Assembly (NCBI GenBank): GCA_041654095.1
Contig: JBAZED010000001.1
Coordinates: forward strand, 117,632 to 181,631
Source of the DNA: Bacilli bacterium
Lineage (GTDB): Bacteria > Bacillota_I > Bacilli_A > RFN20 > CAG-826
DNA length: 64,000 bases
Direction of reading: 5' to 3'
A program made the position numbers and the translations under genes. Shown here piece by piece: positions 40,213 to 50,255 of this stretch; the stretch's first letter is position 1; each line of letters opens with the position of its first letter. The notes beneath the pieces are model-generated. The model did no database searches and was not told the DNA's origin. It was given only the letters and a program-made list of their open reading frames with translations.

Positions 40213-40311
40213 ATGGAAGAAAACCGTGGCAATCTGACAATAGTCGCCGCTTTGTTAGGGGCGTTCGCGTCTCTAATTTTGATTGTCGCGTTCGTCTTGC
40301 TCTACAGGTAA
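40213..40311 (+). CDS. Possible 32-aa hydrophobic micro-protein upstream of ruvA
   Basis: MEENRGNLTIVAALLGAFASLILIVAFVLLYR; weak AGGA RBS; stop 3 nt before the ruvA ATG; below the ORF-track size cutoff. Confidence 0.25.
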   Translation: MEENRGNLTIVAALLGAFASLILIVAFVLLYR

Positions 40312-40314
40312 AAC

Positions 40315-40869
40315 ATGTATTATTCATTTAAAGGCACAATCACCTCAATCCGCAAAGATTTCATCGTCATCGAAGTCGGCGGCATCGGCTTTCAAGTTTT
40401 TGTGCCGCACATCCAAGGCTATCGCAAAGACGAAGAAATCCTCGTCTATGTCTATCAAGTCGTCCGCGAAGATGAGCAGTATTTGGTCGGTTTCGAGACT
40501 GAGTATGAAAAAGAAGCTTTTCTCTCCCTCATCTCCGTCAAAGGCATCGGGCCGCGGACGGCGCTTGGAGCGATGAGCGCCACCAGCGCCGAAGAGCTCT
40601 TTAGCGCCATCGCCGCCAACAATATCACCTTCCTTAAAAAATTGCCGGGAATCGGTGCCAAAGCCGCCAGCCAGATCATCCTCGATTTAAAAGGGCAACT
40701 CACCGGCTCGCCCTCGGGAAATCCGAATCAGTACGACGAGGTCCGCGACGCTTTAAAGGGACTCGGCTACAAGATTAAGGAAATCGAAAACGTCTTGGCG
40801 ACCATCAACGAAAAAGACGCAACTAACGAAGAAGTTCTTCGTTTAGCGCTTAAGAAACTTAAAAAATAA
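40315..40869 (+). CDS. ruvA: Holliday junction helicase subunit RuvA
   Basis: OB domain plus tandem HhH (GIGPRTA, GIGAKAA) plus C-terminal RuvB-binding domain. Confidence 0.92.
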   Translation: MYYSFKGTITSIRKDFIVIEVGGIGFQVFVPHIQGYRKDEEILVYVYQVVREDEQYLVGFETEYEKEAFLSLISVKGIGPRTALGAMSATSAEELFSAIAANNITFLKKLPGIGAKAASQIILDLKGQLTGSPSGNPNQYDEVRDALKGLGYKIKEIENVLATINEKDATNEEVLRLALKKLKK

Positions 40870-41876
40870 TGTCTGAAAGAATCCTCGACGCCAAAAAGAA
40901 TATCAAAGAAGAAGAAGTCGAAATTTCCCTTCGCCCGCAAGTTTTAAATGAATATGTCGGCCAAGAGGAGCTGAAGCGCAATCTCCGCGTTTTTATGGGG
41001 GCCGCCCAGCATCGTGATGAGACGCTCGACCACGTCCTTTTATACGGGCCGCCAGGCCTCGGCAAAACGACGCTCGCCTATGTCATCGCCAATGAGATGA
41101 AGGGCCACATTCGCGTCATCAACGGTCCCTCGATTGAGCGGACGGGCGATTTAGCGTCAATCCTCGCCGATTTGAAAGCCGGCGACATTCTCTTCATCGA
41201 CGAGATTCACCGCCTGCCGCGCATCGTCGAAGAAGTGCTCTATGGGGCGATGGAAGATTTTAAGTTATCGATTTTAATCACCCGTGACCAAGGCGCAAAT
41301 ACTCTGAATCTGACGCTTGAACCCTTTACCTTGATCGGCGCGACGACGCGGGCCGGCGATTTGAGTTCGCCGCTCCGAAGCCGCTTTGGCATCGTCGAAA
41401 AGATCAATTTTTACAGCGAAAAAGAAATCGAAGGCATCGTCCGCCGCACCTCGACCGTTTTAAAAACGGCCATCGACGACAAAGCCGTCGCATTAATCGC
41501 CAAGCGCAGCCGCGGTACACCGCGCATCGCCAACCGCCTCTTTCGCCGCGTCCGCGATTTCGCCAACTACGAAGGCAAGGACACCATTTCCGAGAGCGCG
41601 GCCCACAAAGCCCTCGAAGCTTTAAAAGTCGACAATCTCGGTCTCGATGACGTCGACATTCGCTACTTGACGGCCATCATCGACCGCTTTCACGGCGGAC
41701 CGGTCGGGCTCGAAGCGGTGGCTTCGGCCATCGGCGAAGAGATCATGAACCTCGAAGATGTCTACGAACCGTACCTCCTACAAATCGGCATGATAAACCG
41801 CACGCCTCGCGGTCGCGTGGCGACGGAAAAGGCCTATGAACACCTAAAAAAGAATCATCAAAAGTCTTTGTTTTAA
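40869..41876 (+). CDS. ruvB: Holliday junction helicase RuvB
   Basis: AAA+ Walker A GPPGLGKTT, DEIHRL, sensor; overlaps the ruvA stop by 1 nt. Confidence 0.95.
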   Translation: MSERILDAKKNIKEEEVEISLRPQVLNEYVGQEELKRNLRVFMGAAQHRDETLDHVLLYGPPGLGKTTLAYVIANEMKGHIRVINGPSIERTGDLASILADLKAGDILFIDEIHRLPRIVEEVLYGAMEDFKLSILITRDQGANTLNLTLEPFTLIGATTRAGDLSSPLRSRFGIVEKINFYSEKEIEGIVRRTSTVLKTAIDDKAVALIAKRSRGTPRIANRLFRRVRDFANYEGKDTISESAAHKALEALKVDNLGLDDVDIRYLTAIIDRFHGGPVGLEAVASAIGEEIMNLEDVYEPYLLQIGMINRTPRGRVATEKAYEHLKKNHQKSLF

Positions 41877-41920
41877 GGTCGATTTTTGCCTGATTTACAC
41901 CTGGTGAAGCCTCGTTAATT

Positions 41921-41945
41921 AACGCGTACTAACGCGTTTTTTTGT
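41921..41945 (+). terminator. rho-independent terminator
   Basis: aacgcgt-acta-acgcgtt followed by TTTTTT. Confidence 0.7.
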
Positions 41946-41968
41946 GAAAAAGCTCGCAAAATTCCTCG

Positions 41969-41997
41969 TTGCATTACTTTTACAAAAGTAGTATGTT
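41969..41997 (+). promoter_or_regulatory. candidate promoter of secDF with palindromic spacer
   Basis: TTGCAT - 17 nt - TATGTT; the spacer contains the palindrome TACTTTT-ac-AAAAGTA (41975-41990). Confidence 0.35.
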
Positions 41998-42080
41998 ATA
42001 TAAGCAAGCGTAAATTAAAGATTTAATTTAGATTTCTCGCTTCGGAAAAGTGACATCTCTCACATTATCGGAGGACCACC

Positions 42081-44705
42081 ATGCGTCGACTAATTGCTTA
42101 TATAACCCTCGCTATCTCTTCGCTGATCGCCATCGGCGTCGGCATAAATCCCATCTTATCAAAAGGCATTAGCAACCTCGATTACCGCGACGGTCGCCAA
42201 TTCGTCTATCAGCTGTTCGACCGCGATGACAAAGAAGCCGACATCGAGGCTGAAGAAGCCGCTTCGGACGTCGCTAAGACGATGGATGAGCGACTCAAAA
42301 TATGGGGCGTCTCAAACTATAGCGTCGAAGTCGAAGGCACGGATATCATCCGCGTCTCTTTGACCGCCAAAAATGATACTGAATACGACTACCTCGAAAA
42401 ATATCTCGGCTTCAGCGGCCAGAATTTCTCAATTTCGACCAAGGACGAGTCGGTCCGCTTGACGCACGACGAAGTCTTTGCTGATAGCAAAGCCTACATC
42501 GTCTATGAAGGATACGCTCCTTACGTCATCATCCCGCTCAGCGATCCGACGAGGTTTAAAGCTTTAGTCGATGCTGCCCAAGCCCTCTTAGATGAAGAGG
42601 CGGGTGGCGAAGACACCGGCGAGACCGTGCCTGATTATCGCCGGCTGCAAGCTCAAGGTGAAGATGATACATCCAAACAGCCCAATATCTTCTTGTGGGC
42701 CAATTGGGAAGAAGGCGAAGACTACGAAAAAGCCCAATCCGATGAAAAGGTGGCTTATAAGATCATCGCCCAATTTCTCTCGAGCAATATCTATTATGAA
42801 GATAGCAAAGTCGCTGAAAGCGAAATCAAGTATTTGAGCGGTTTTGCCGATTCGGAAGGCAATTACGATACATCGCGAATTCGCCAAGCCAACAACCTCG
42901 CTAACTACGTTAAAAATCTGTTCAATGCCGAGGCCTACGATTATGAAGTGACGAAGATCTTCACGACCCCGATCGATGCTGGCGTCGAGAGCGTATTAAC
43001 ATACGGAATGTCGGTTAGCTTATCATTTAGCAAAACGATGATCGCCACGATCGTCGTCGCCGTTGTCGTGGCCCTCGTCCTCGCTTTTTTCTTCCGCCTT
43101 GGTTCGATTTCCGTCATCACCTCTTCAGCGATTACTTTCTTTGCAACCCTCGCCATTTTCGTGGCCTTTCGAGCTGAATTCAACGTCGCCGCGCTGGTCG
43201 CCTTGCTTTTAGTCGCTGCCGCCAGTCTATTGGCGGGAATTCTCCACCTGACCAAATTTAAGGAAGAAGTATATCGCGGCCGCAATTTCAAAAAGGCTAA
43301 TTTGGAAGCCGCTAAAGCGATGACCGTCCCGGCCATCGATATCGCCGTCATCATGGTGGCGGTCGGCGTCTTGACTTATATCATCGGTGGAACCTTGGTC
43401 GCTTCTTTTGGCACGATGCTCGTCATCGGCGGTATCGTCAGCCTCGCCGTCAACCTCATCGTCCTGCGCCTTTTGATGTGGCTGGTGACGAACACGACCA
43501 ATCTCCAAGGCGTCAATAAAGCTTTTAATATCGAAGATAAAAACGTTCCTAATTTGTTGAAAGAAGAAAAGCAGACTTATTTCGGTCCTTATCAAGACCG
43601 CGATTTTACCAAGCGCGCCAAACCGGTCGCGATCGGTGCCGGCGCCTTCTCGCTCGTCGCCGTGATCATGATGATTGTTTTCGGGTCATTAAACAACACA
43701 ATCTACAACGTTAAAGCCGTCGCTGATGAATCATCGCGCGCTTACATCACGATCGTCGGCGAAAGTCCGGTCGTCGATGGCGTCTCCTATGTCGAAAACG
43801 AGATTTTGAAAAACGTCTACGTGGATGGCAAACCTCTTTCATATGGGTCAATCGATCACGAAACTCGCGAGGATCTGGATGCCGAAACCACGATTACGAC
43901 CTATTATAACTATTATGTAGTTAATTTGAACAAGACTTATACCGGAGAGGAAGATGCTTATTTCTTGGATGGCGACGTTCAAACCATCTCTGGCAGTTTG
44001 GAAGTCGTCCTCGACACTTTTGTCGACACGATTGAAAGCGGCGATGGTCAAGCGCGCATCAAAACATCGGAAAACATCGTTCTCCAACCGTCGACGACGC
44101 ACATCGCTCTCGGAGCATTGGCAGGAGTGGCAGTCGCCGTCTTCTACCTCGCCTTCCGCTACCGCGTCTCGCGGGCCTTAGCCGCCTTTGGAGTCAGCGC
44201 CTTATCTTCATTTGCGACCTTAGGTTTCTTTGTCGTCACCCGCTTGGCCACGACGCCGATCGTCGCTTTAGTTGTTCCGGCCATCGCTTTATTCACCTTA
44301 TTTGCCTCGCTGTACTTCTTGACTCGTGAACGTGACTTGCTAAGAGAAGATCGCTCGAAGGAAAAGACGGTGGAAATTCGCAAAGACATCATGATCAAAG
44401 CCACAGCTCTAGCAGCTGGACCGCTCTTCATATTTGGCATTATTATGTCTTACTTCGCCATCAATTACTTCGGTTTTGGACCCGCCTCATTCGCCGCCTT
44501 GTTCGGCGGTATGCTGCTCGGCGTCGCCTTGAGTGTCTTGCTGATTGCCACGCTCCTTGGCCCGACCGCTCTATTCTTAGAGACACTCATCAGCAAAATC
44601 GTGGCCCGCATTCGCCTACCGCGTCCGCGCCTCAGCAAAAAGAAAATCGTCAAGTCAACTTCCAGCGAACCCGAAGAGACGGTCTTCATCGGCATCAACG
44701 ACTGA
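42081..44705 (+). CDS. secDF: Fused protein-export membrane protein SecDF
   Basis: 874 aa; two 6-TM bundles each preceded by a large extracytoplasmic domain; GGAGGA RBS. Confidence 0.88.
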   Translation: MRRLIAYITLAISSLIAIGVGINPILSKGISNLDYRDGRQFVYQLFDRDDKEADIEAEEAASDVAKTMDERLKIWGVSNYSVEVEGTDIIRVSLTAKNDTEYDYLEKYLGFSGQNFSISTKDESVRLTHDEVFADSKAYIVYEGYAPYVIIPLSDPTRFKALVDAAQALLDEEAGGEDTGETVPDYRRLQAQGEDDTSKQPNIFLWANWEEGEDYEKAQSDEKVAYKIIAQFLSSNIYYEDSKVAESEIKYLSGFADSEGNYDTSRIRQANNLANYVKNLFNAEAYDYEVTKIFTTPIDAGVESVLTYGMSVSLSFSKTMIATIVVAVVVALVLAFFFRLGSISVITSSAITFFATLAIFVAFRAEFNVAALVALLLVAAASLLAGILHLTKFKEEVYRGRNFKKANLEAAKAMTVPAIDIAVIMVAVGVLTYIIGGTLVASFGTMLVIGGIVSLAVNLIVLRLLMWLVTNTTNLQGVNKAFNIEDKNVPNLLKEEKQTYFGPYQDRDFTKRAKPVAIGAGAFSLVAVIMMIVFGSLNNTIYNVKAVADESSRAYITIVGESPVVDGVSYVENEILKNVYVDGKPLSYGSIDHETREDLDAETTITTYYNYYVVNLNKTYTGEEDAYFLDGDVQTISGSLEVVLDTFVDTIESGDGQARIKTSENIVLQPSTTHIALGALAGVAVAVFYLAFRYRVSRALAAFGVSALSSFATLGFFVVTRLATTPIVALVVPAIALFTLFASLYFLTRERDLLREDRSKEKTVEIRKDIMIKATALAAGPLFIFGIIMSYFAINYFGFGPASFAALFGGMLLGVALSVLLIATLLGPTALFLETLISKIVARIRLPRPRLSKKKIVKSTSSEPEETVFIGIND

Positions 44706-44711
44706 TAAAAT

Positions 44712-44734
44712 GGCTACTATATAGTAGCCTTTTT
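44712..44734 (+). terminator. rho-independent terminator
   Basis: ggctact-atat-agtagcc followed by TTTTT. Confidence 0.7.
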
Positions 44735-44742
44735 AATAACCT

Positions 44743-46305
44743 ATGGATTTTTTTAGCGAACTTTTAAAATACTATCGCTTGTCGGAAGAGCAGTACTTGC
44801 ATATGACAAGACCTCTTGATTTTGATGATGTGCGTTTTGATTGCGATGTCAAAGGCCTGGATGTCATTTTAAAGCGCGTTCGAAAAGCGCTGGCCGAACA
44901 AGAAAAAATCATCGTCTACGGCGATTATGATTGCGATGGGATCATGTCGACATCAATCATCGTCAAGCTTTTCGACATGCTCGGTTATCCGGTCGGTTAT
45001 TATGTGCCGAGCCGCTATCTCGATGGCTATGGTCTAAATGTCAAACGAGTTGCGGATATCGCCGCGAAAGGATACTCCTTAATCATTACCGTCGACAATG
45101 GCATCAGCGCCTTTGAAGCGATCGATTTTGCTAAGCGAAAAGGAATCGATACCATCGTCGTCGACCATCACGAAGTGCAAGACCGCTTACCTGACGCCGT
45201 CGGCATTCTGCATCCCGTCGTCTCCGGGCTTGGGGAAGTGGCCGCCAGCGGTGGTTTTATGTCCTTTGTCTTGGCCACGGCGCTTCTTGATAAAGTCGAC
45301 CCCTATCTACTTTCGCTAGCGGGCATTTCAACCATATCTGATATGATGCCCCTCTTAGGCTATAACCGCGACATCGTGCGCTTGGCGATTGAGGCGATGA
45401 ATCACAATAACTATCCGGCTATTAATAGATTGGTTGGCGGCAAGGAGATCGACGAGAAGATCATCGCGATGGAAATCGCTCCGAAAGTCAACGCCGTAGG
45501 CCGCATGGATGAAACGACGAATATCAACCGGCTGGTTAAATACTTCGTCAGCTCAGAGAGCAAGGACGTTGAAGCATATGGCTCATTCATCGAAACGATC
45601 AATGAAACGCGGAAGACTCTGACGAAAGAAGCTGTGGAAGGACTCGATGTCAAAGGCGACGAACCAGGCATCGTCCTCAATATGAATATTAAAGAAGGGC
45701 TAATCGGTCTGATCGCCAATCGCCTCGTCAACGAATACCAAGTGCCGGCCGTCGTCTTCACCGAAGATAGCGGTGACGCAACTCTGTTAAAAGGGAGCAT
45801 GCGCTCGAAAGAAGGCTTTAACATCACCAAGGCTTTCGGAAGTCTTGAAAAATATCTCGTCATGCATGGGGGACATGCTTTCGCTGGGGGTCTCACGATT
45901 CGCAAACAGGATTTTGATAATTTCAAAAAGGACTTTCTCGAATTGGCGAATACGTATCGTTTTAGCGAAGAGGAAATTGAAGCTATCCCCATCTCCTTAA
46001 ATGACGTCAACATGCGCAATTTTGAGGCTTTAAGATTGTTCTCACCATTTGGTGAAGGCTTCAAAGAACCGGATTTTATCATCGCTAGTTTGAAGGTTGC
46101 CAATTTAACTTTTATCTCTGATGATAAACACCTTTCAACCGTCATCGGCATGAATAGCAAAATTCTCGGATTCAATTTGTCGCGCGGACTATTAAGCCAA
46201 AACCAATTCATTAAACTGTACGGCAATTTGCGGCTCAGCGAGTACCGCGGCCGCTATACTTTAGAGTTCCGCGCCTCTTCATATCACCCCGATAACTTGC
46301 TATGA
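44743..46305 (+). CDS. recJ: RecJ-like DHH/DHHA1 single-strand exonuclease, short form (520 aa, no OB-fold C-domain)
   Basis: DHH motifs YGDYDCDG, TVDNG and VVDHHE plus DHHA1 GGHAFAGG; secDF-recJ order conserved with Bacillus. Confidence 0.8.
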   Translation: MDFFSELLKYYRLSEEQYLHMTRPLDFDDVRFDCDVKGLDVILKRVRKALAEQEKIIVYGDYDCDGIMSTSIIVKLFDMLGYPVGYYVPSRYLDGYGLNVKRVADIAAKGYSLIITVDNGISAFEAIDFAKRKGIDTIVVDHHEVQDRLPDAVGILHPVVSGLGEVAASGGFMSFVLATALLDKVDPYLLSLAGISTISDMMPLLGYNRDIVRLAIEAMNHNNYPAINRLVGGKEIDEKIIAMEIAPKVNAVGRMDETTNINRLVKYFVSSESKDVEAYGSFIETINETRKTLTKEAVEGLDVKGDEPGIVLNMNIKEGLIGLIANRLVNEYQVPAVVFTEDSGDATLLKGSMRSKEGFNITKAFGSLEKYLVMHGGHAFAGGLTIRKQDFDNFKKDFLELANTYRFSEEEIEAIPISLNDVNMRNFEALRLFSPFGEGFKEPDFIIASLKVANLTFISDDKHLSTVIGMNSKILGFNLSRGLLSQNQFIKLYGNLRLSEYRGRYTLEFRASSYHPDNLL

Positions 46306-46312
46306 TAAATCT

Positions 46313-46900
46313 ATGAGAAGCAGAATCATCTTGGTCGTTCCACTCGCCGCCCTTTTAACGGCATGTCCAATCGTCAATCCCATCTATCCCCAAGATAAAC
46401 TGAATTTGGACCAGTATGGTGACCCGATTGCGCTGGACTGGACCAACGAAAACGAGAGCGAACCGGAAGACGGATTATTTATCGATGGCGAAGCGCTCCG
46501 GACTTATCTCAATAATCCCCGTGCCCTCATCAAGGAAGTATCTGTTATTGACAATGTATCGGAGAGCCGTGGCGCGCTGCAGATCGGCTCCCGCTCGCAG
46601 ATTAAAACGGGCGAATTGACCTTTGCGCTCAAGAGCATTTTTTATGCCGATGCAATTGCGATCTATGCTTATCCGTATTACACGAAGTCGCTCGATTATT
46701 TTACCGGCAAAGACGACATAGATGCCGACACCTTCTCGATTTCAATCAATGACCGCGACTACATCGCTTTGGATGCCGATGAAAATTTAGAACCATATGC
46801 CTTAACTTTCGCATTTGATAATCCCGTTTCTGAGATAACGATTAAAACCGATAAAGGTCGTGGGTTTTTATATGGCATGTCCATATATCAAAATAATTAG
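46313..46900 (+). CDS. Surface lipoprotein (195 aa), unknown function
   Basis: Lipobox LTAC|P; no recognisable catalytic motif. Confidence 0.6.
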   Translation: MRSRIILVVPLAALLTACPIVNPIYPQDKLNLDQYGDPIALDWTNENESEPEDGLFIDGEALRTYLNNPRALIKEVSVIDNVSESRGALQIGSRSQIKTGELTFALKSIFYADAIAIYAYPYYTKSLDYFTGKDDIDADTFSISINDRDYIALDADENLEPYALTFAFDNPVSEITIKTDKGRGFLYGMSIYQNN

Positions 46901-46922
46901 TTAAGGCATTTGATATCATAAG

Positions 46923-46948
46923 AAAAAGCGGCCCGTGAGCCGCTTTTA
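46923..46948. terminator. bidirectional terminator between convergent lipoprotein genes
   Basis: AAAAAGCGGC-ccgtga-GCCGCTTTT: a perfect 9-bp stem flanked by A- and T-runs. Confidence 0.75.
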
Positions 46949-46970
46949 TGATTGAATGAGACTGTGCAAA

Positions 46971-47819
46971 TTAAGCAACAGGAGTAATAACGGCATAGCC
47001 AGAAACGCGAATCGAAGGATTGGCAGCTGCGGCAAAAGGAAGAACTTTGTTGGCTCCAACTAAGAGAGCTGTAACAGTGAACAAAGCATCCGGATTAGCT
47101 GTGACGGCATCTTTAATTGTCGAAGGAATATCAAAGTGATAGAAGCCAAGACGATAGTAGCCACCTGTACCGGTGTTTTTGCCATCAACGCTGATCGCAT
47201 AGTTAAAGTACGTATAGGCCGTTCCAGTTGTCGAAGAGGCACCATAAGAAGAGTCAACTAATTTGACGTTTGTCCAAGTATAAACGCGGCCAAAGGAATT
47301 AGCAACAAGCGCATCTCCCCAAGCGCCAAAACCTGTATCCATGTCACAACCAGTTGCGCCGAGAAGCGATCCGAATTCCCAGCTTGGTTCAGCGACTAAA
47401 TTAAAGGCTGTTGGAACCACAGACATCGTTCTTGAGTAGTCACCGCCTGTAGCGATTGTGATTGCACCGGTGATGTCATAATACTGTCCAGCAGTAGCGG
47501 CCAAGGCATCAGTTTTCATCGGTTCCGCAGATCCATAGTAGTTAATCAAAGCGGTTCCCAGTTCGGTTGCAACAGATAAAATGCTTCCAGAAGCGAGGTT
47601 GTAGATGACATAAGCATCGTCTAAAGTTACGACTTCATCAGCAACTTTATCGGCGAGTAGGTTCACTGACGGAACATCGACTGGAGCCGGTGCTTCTGAA
47701 GTAGATGACGGCGATTCGCTCGCTGAGCTTGAGCCTGAGCCTGAGCTCGTGTTGACTGGTGGATTGCAGGCCGCGAGGACCAACATTAATAGTGGTAATA
47801 GAACAATACTTTTTTTCAT
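46971..47819 (-). CDS. Surface lipoprotein (282 aa), Gly/Thr/Ala-rich beta-rich domain
   Basis: Lipobox LAAC|N plus SGSGSSSASESPSS linker; GGAGG RBS; N-terminus paralogous to 39624. Confidence 0.7.
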   Translation of the reverse strand: MKKSIVLLPLLMLVLAACNPPVNTSSGSGSSSASESPSSTSEAPAPVDVPSVNLLADKVADEVVTLDDAYVIYNLASGSILSVATELGTALINYYGSAEPMKTDALAATAGQYYDITGAITIATGGDYSRTMSVVPTAFNLVAEPSWEFGSLLGATGCDMDTGFGAWGDALVANSFGRVYTWTNVKLVDSSYGASSTTGTAYTYFNYAISVDGKNTGTGGYYRLGFYHFDIPSTIKDAVTANPDALFTVTALLVGANKVLPFAAAANPSIRVSGYAVITPVA

Positions 47820-47967
47820 TGTTAGGTAAATTTCCTCCTTTTCTATTACATTGTAATTATAAACACATTTCGACTTGTAGTAAAGCCCATTATTTATAAT
47901 AATATGCTGCGCACGTATCTCAGCTTATCGATTCTCGAACATATTTACGACTATATCAAAACATGAT

Positions 47968-47996
47968 TTGTTAAGCGGTCTTATCTTTGTTAAGAT
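47968..47996 (+). promoter_or_regulatory. candidate promoter for relA
   Basis: TTGTTA - 17 nt - TAAGAT (an overlapping TATAAT at 47996-48001 is also possible). Confidence 0.4.
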
Positions 47997-48017
47997 ATAA
48001 TACTAAATAGGTATCAT

Positions 48018-50231
48018 ATGGACGTAAAAAACCTTCTTGTCAACGGCGGTTACCCGCTTCATTCCTACTCAGAATTGGAAGAAGCCTTTTTCCCATACAT
48101 CACCGATCCCAAATCCCGCGGGATGATCAAAGAAGCCTATGAGATGGCGGAAAAGTATCATCAGGGGCAGAAGCGCAAATCGGGCGAAGATTACATACAT
48201 CACCTTTTGGAAGTGAGTTATATTCTCGCCAAGCTCCAAGCTGGGCCAGCGACCATCGCCGCCGGCTTTTTGCACGATGTCGTCGAAGATACCGACGCGA
48301 CCATCGAAGAAGTTCAAGCCAGATTTGGCGAAGATGTCGGCAAGATCGTCGAATCGCTGACCAAGATTCAGCGCATGAAACTATCGCATCGCGACTACGA
48401 AGATTTCGAAGCCGAAGATCACCGCAAGATTTTTTTGGGGATGGCCAAGGATGTTCGCGTCATCATCATCAAACTCGCCGATCGTCTTCACAACATGCGC
48501 ACGCTTTCCTCCTTAGATAATAATCGACAATTAGCACTATCGCGCGAGACGTTGGAAGTCTTCGTCCCCATCGCCCATCGCCTCGGCATCAACACGATCA
48601 AGAGCGAGCTCGAGGATTTGTCACTTAAATACCTCGAACCCGATAAGTATGATTTGATTTCGAGCTTGCTCGATAAAAAGACGCGAAATCGCACGAAGTC
48701 GCTCGACTCTCTTAAAAAGAGAATTGCCGACATCCTCTTTGAAGCCAAGGTTCCATTTCAGATGGAATCGCGCGTCAAAACCATTTATTCCATCTATAAG
48801 AAAATATACGGAAAAGGATACAATTTCGATGACATTTTTGATGTTTTGGCGATTCGCGTCATCACCGAAACCGAATTGAATTGCTACGAGATATTAGGCA
48901 TCATCCACGCGACGTTTAAGCCGATTCCCGGCCGCTTCAAAGATTATATCGCCGTGCCGAAGCCAAATATGTACCAGTCGCTGCACACTTCGATTATATC
49001 CGGTGACGGAAACATCTTCGAAATCCAAATTCGCACGAAGCGGATGGACGAGATCGCCGAGACGGGTATCGCCGCCCACTGGCGCTACAAGGAAGGTTCG
49101 AACTACAATCCCAAAGAAGAGCAGCGTCAAATCGAGGAAAAGCTACATTGGTTCAGGGATTTCGTCAACATTTCCAACGAGCAGGAAGGCGACGCCAAGG
49201 AGTACATGGACACGCTTTCGAAAGATATTTTTGAAGCCAACGTCTATGTCTTCACGCCAAAAGGGAAAGTCATCGATCTCCCGGTGGGTTCGACACCCAT
49301 CGACTTCGCCTATCGCGTCCACACCAAAGTCGGCGATTCGGCGGTGGGAGCCATCGTCAACGGATCATTGGTATCTTTGGGCACGGTTTTAAAAACCGGC
49401 GATGTCGTGGAAATTCGCACGTCAAACACGTCAATCGGCCCCAATGAAGGGTGGCTGAAAATCGTTCGTACGGCGCAAGCGCGTTCGCACATCAAAAAAT
49501 TCCTCTTAAAAAAGAATGCCGAATTATTGAAAGACGAACGCATTGCCAAAGGCAAACAGTCGGCAATCGACGCGTTTAAAGACCGCGGCATCGACGAGCC
49601 GGAAATGCTGACTTATCTCAACGCTCAAAACGTCTTTAACAATTACCACGTGAAAGATCTCGATGAGCTGTTTGTCGCGATGTACAGCAAAAATCCGACG
49701 CCTTCCGCCGTCATTGAATTTCTGAATATCAAGCGCAAACCCACGCTCTTTAAACTAGATAAAGGACCAATTCAAAAAGATGATGATCACATTCCGGTTT
49801 TCGTCTCCGGAGCCGGCATGATCGCCATCACCCTCGGCAGCTGTTGCACGCCGATTCCAGGAGACGATATCGTCGGCTATATTACCAAAGGTAAAGGCGT
49901 GACTGTTCACCGTGTTTCATGCCCGAATATCGCCAACGAAAAAGCGCGGCTTGTCGATGTTTATTGGCGGGAAGCCGAGCATCTCGAAACCTATCCTGTC
50001 GACATCAAAATCGAGTCGGCCGATCGGCCGAATTTACTGATCGACATCATGTCGACTTTTTCGGCGAATAAAGTGTCGGTTTCGACGATTACCGCCAAGC
50101 TCCATCCCCAGACGATGAACACGACGGTTTCGGCGACCATTTTCGTCAGCGACGCCAAGCGGTTGACCGACATCTTTAATATTCTTCTGAATATTAATAG
50201 CGTTTATGAAATAACGCGTGTCATCCATTAA
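48018..50231 (+). CDS. relA: Bifunctional (p)ppGpp synthetase/hydrolase RelA/SpoT (Rel)
   Basis: 737 aa; HD domain (HDVVEDT), synthetase domain, TGS and ACT domains. Confidence 0.95.
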   Translation: MDVKNLLVNGGYPLHSYSELEEAFFPYITDPKSRGMIKEAYEMAEKYHQGQKRKSGEDYIHHLLEVSYILAKLQAGPATIAAGFLHDVVEDTDATIEEVQARFGEDVGKIVESLTKIQRMKLSHRDYEDFEAEDHRKIFLGMAKDVRVIIIKLADRLHNMRTLSSLDNNRQLALSRETLEVFVPIAHRLGINTIKSELEDLSLKYLEPDKYDLISSLLDKKTRNRTKSLDSLKKRIADILFEAKVPFQMESRVKTIYSIYKKIYGKGYNFDDIFDVLAIRVITETELNCYEILGIIHATFKPIPGRFKDYIAVPKPNMYQSLHTSIISGDGNIFEIQIRTKRMDEIAETGIAAHWRYKEGSNYNPKEEQRQIEEKLHWFRDFVNISNEQEGDAKEYMDTLSKDIFEANVYVFTPKGKVIDLPVGSTPIDFAYRVHTKVGDSAVGAIVNGSLVSLGTVLKTGDVVEIRTSNTSIGPNEGWLKIVRTAQARSHIKKFLLKKNAELLKDERIAKGKQSAIDAFKDRGIDEPEMLTYLNAQNVFNNYHVKDLDELFVAMYSKNPTPSAVIEFLNIKRKPTLFKLDKGPIQKDDDHIPVFVSGAGMIAITLGSCCTPIPGDDIVGYITKGKGVTVHRVSCPNIANEKARLVDVYWREAEHLETYPVDIKIESADRPNLLIDIMSTFSANKVSVSTITAKLHPQTMNTTVSATIFVSDAKRLTDIFNILLNINSVYEITRVIH

Positions 50232-50255
50232 AAAAAGCGAGATAGAAGTCATATT

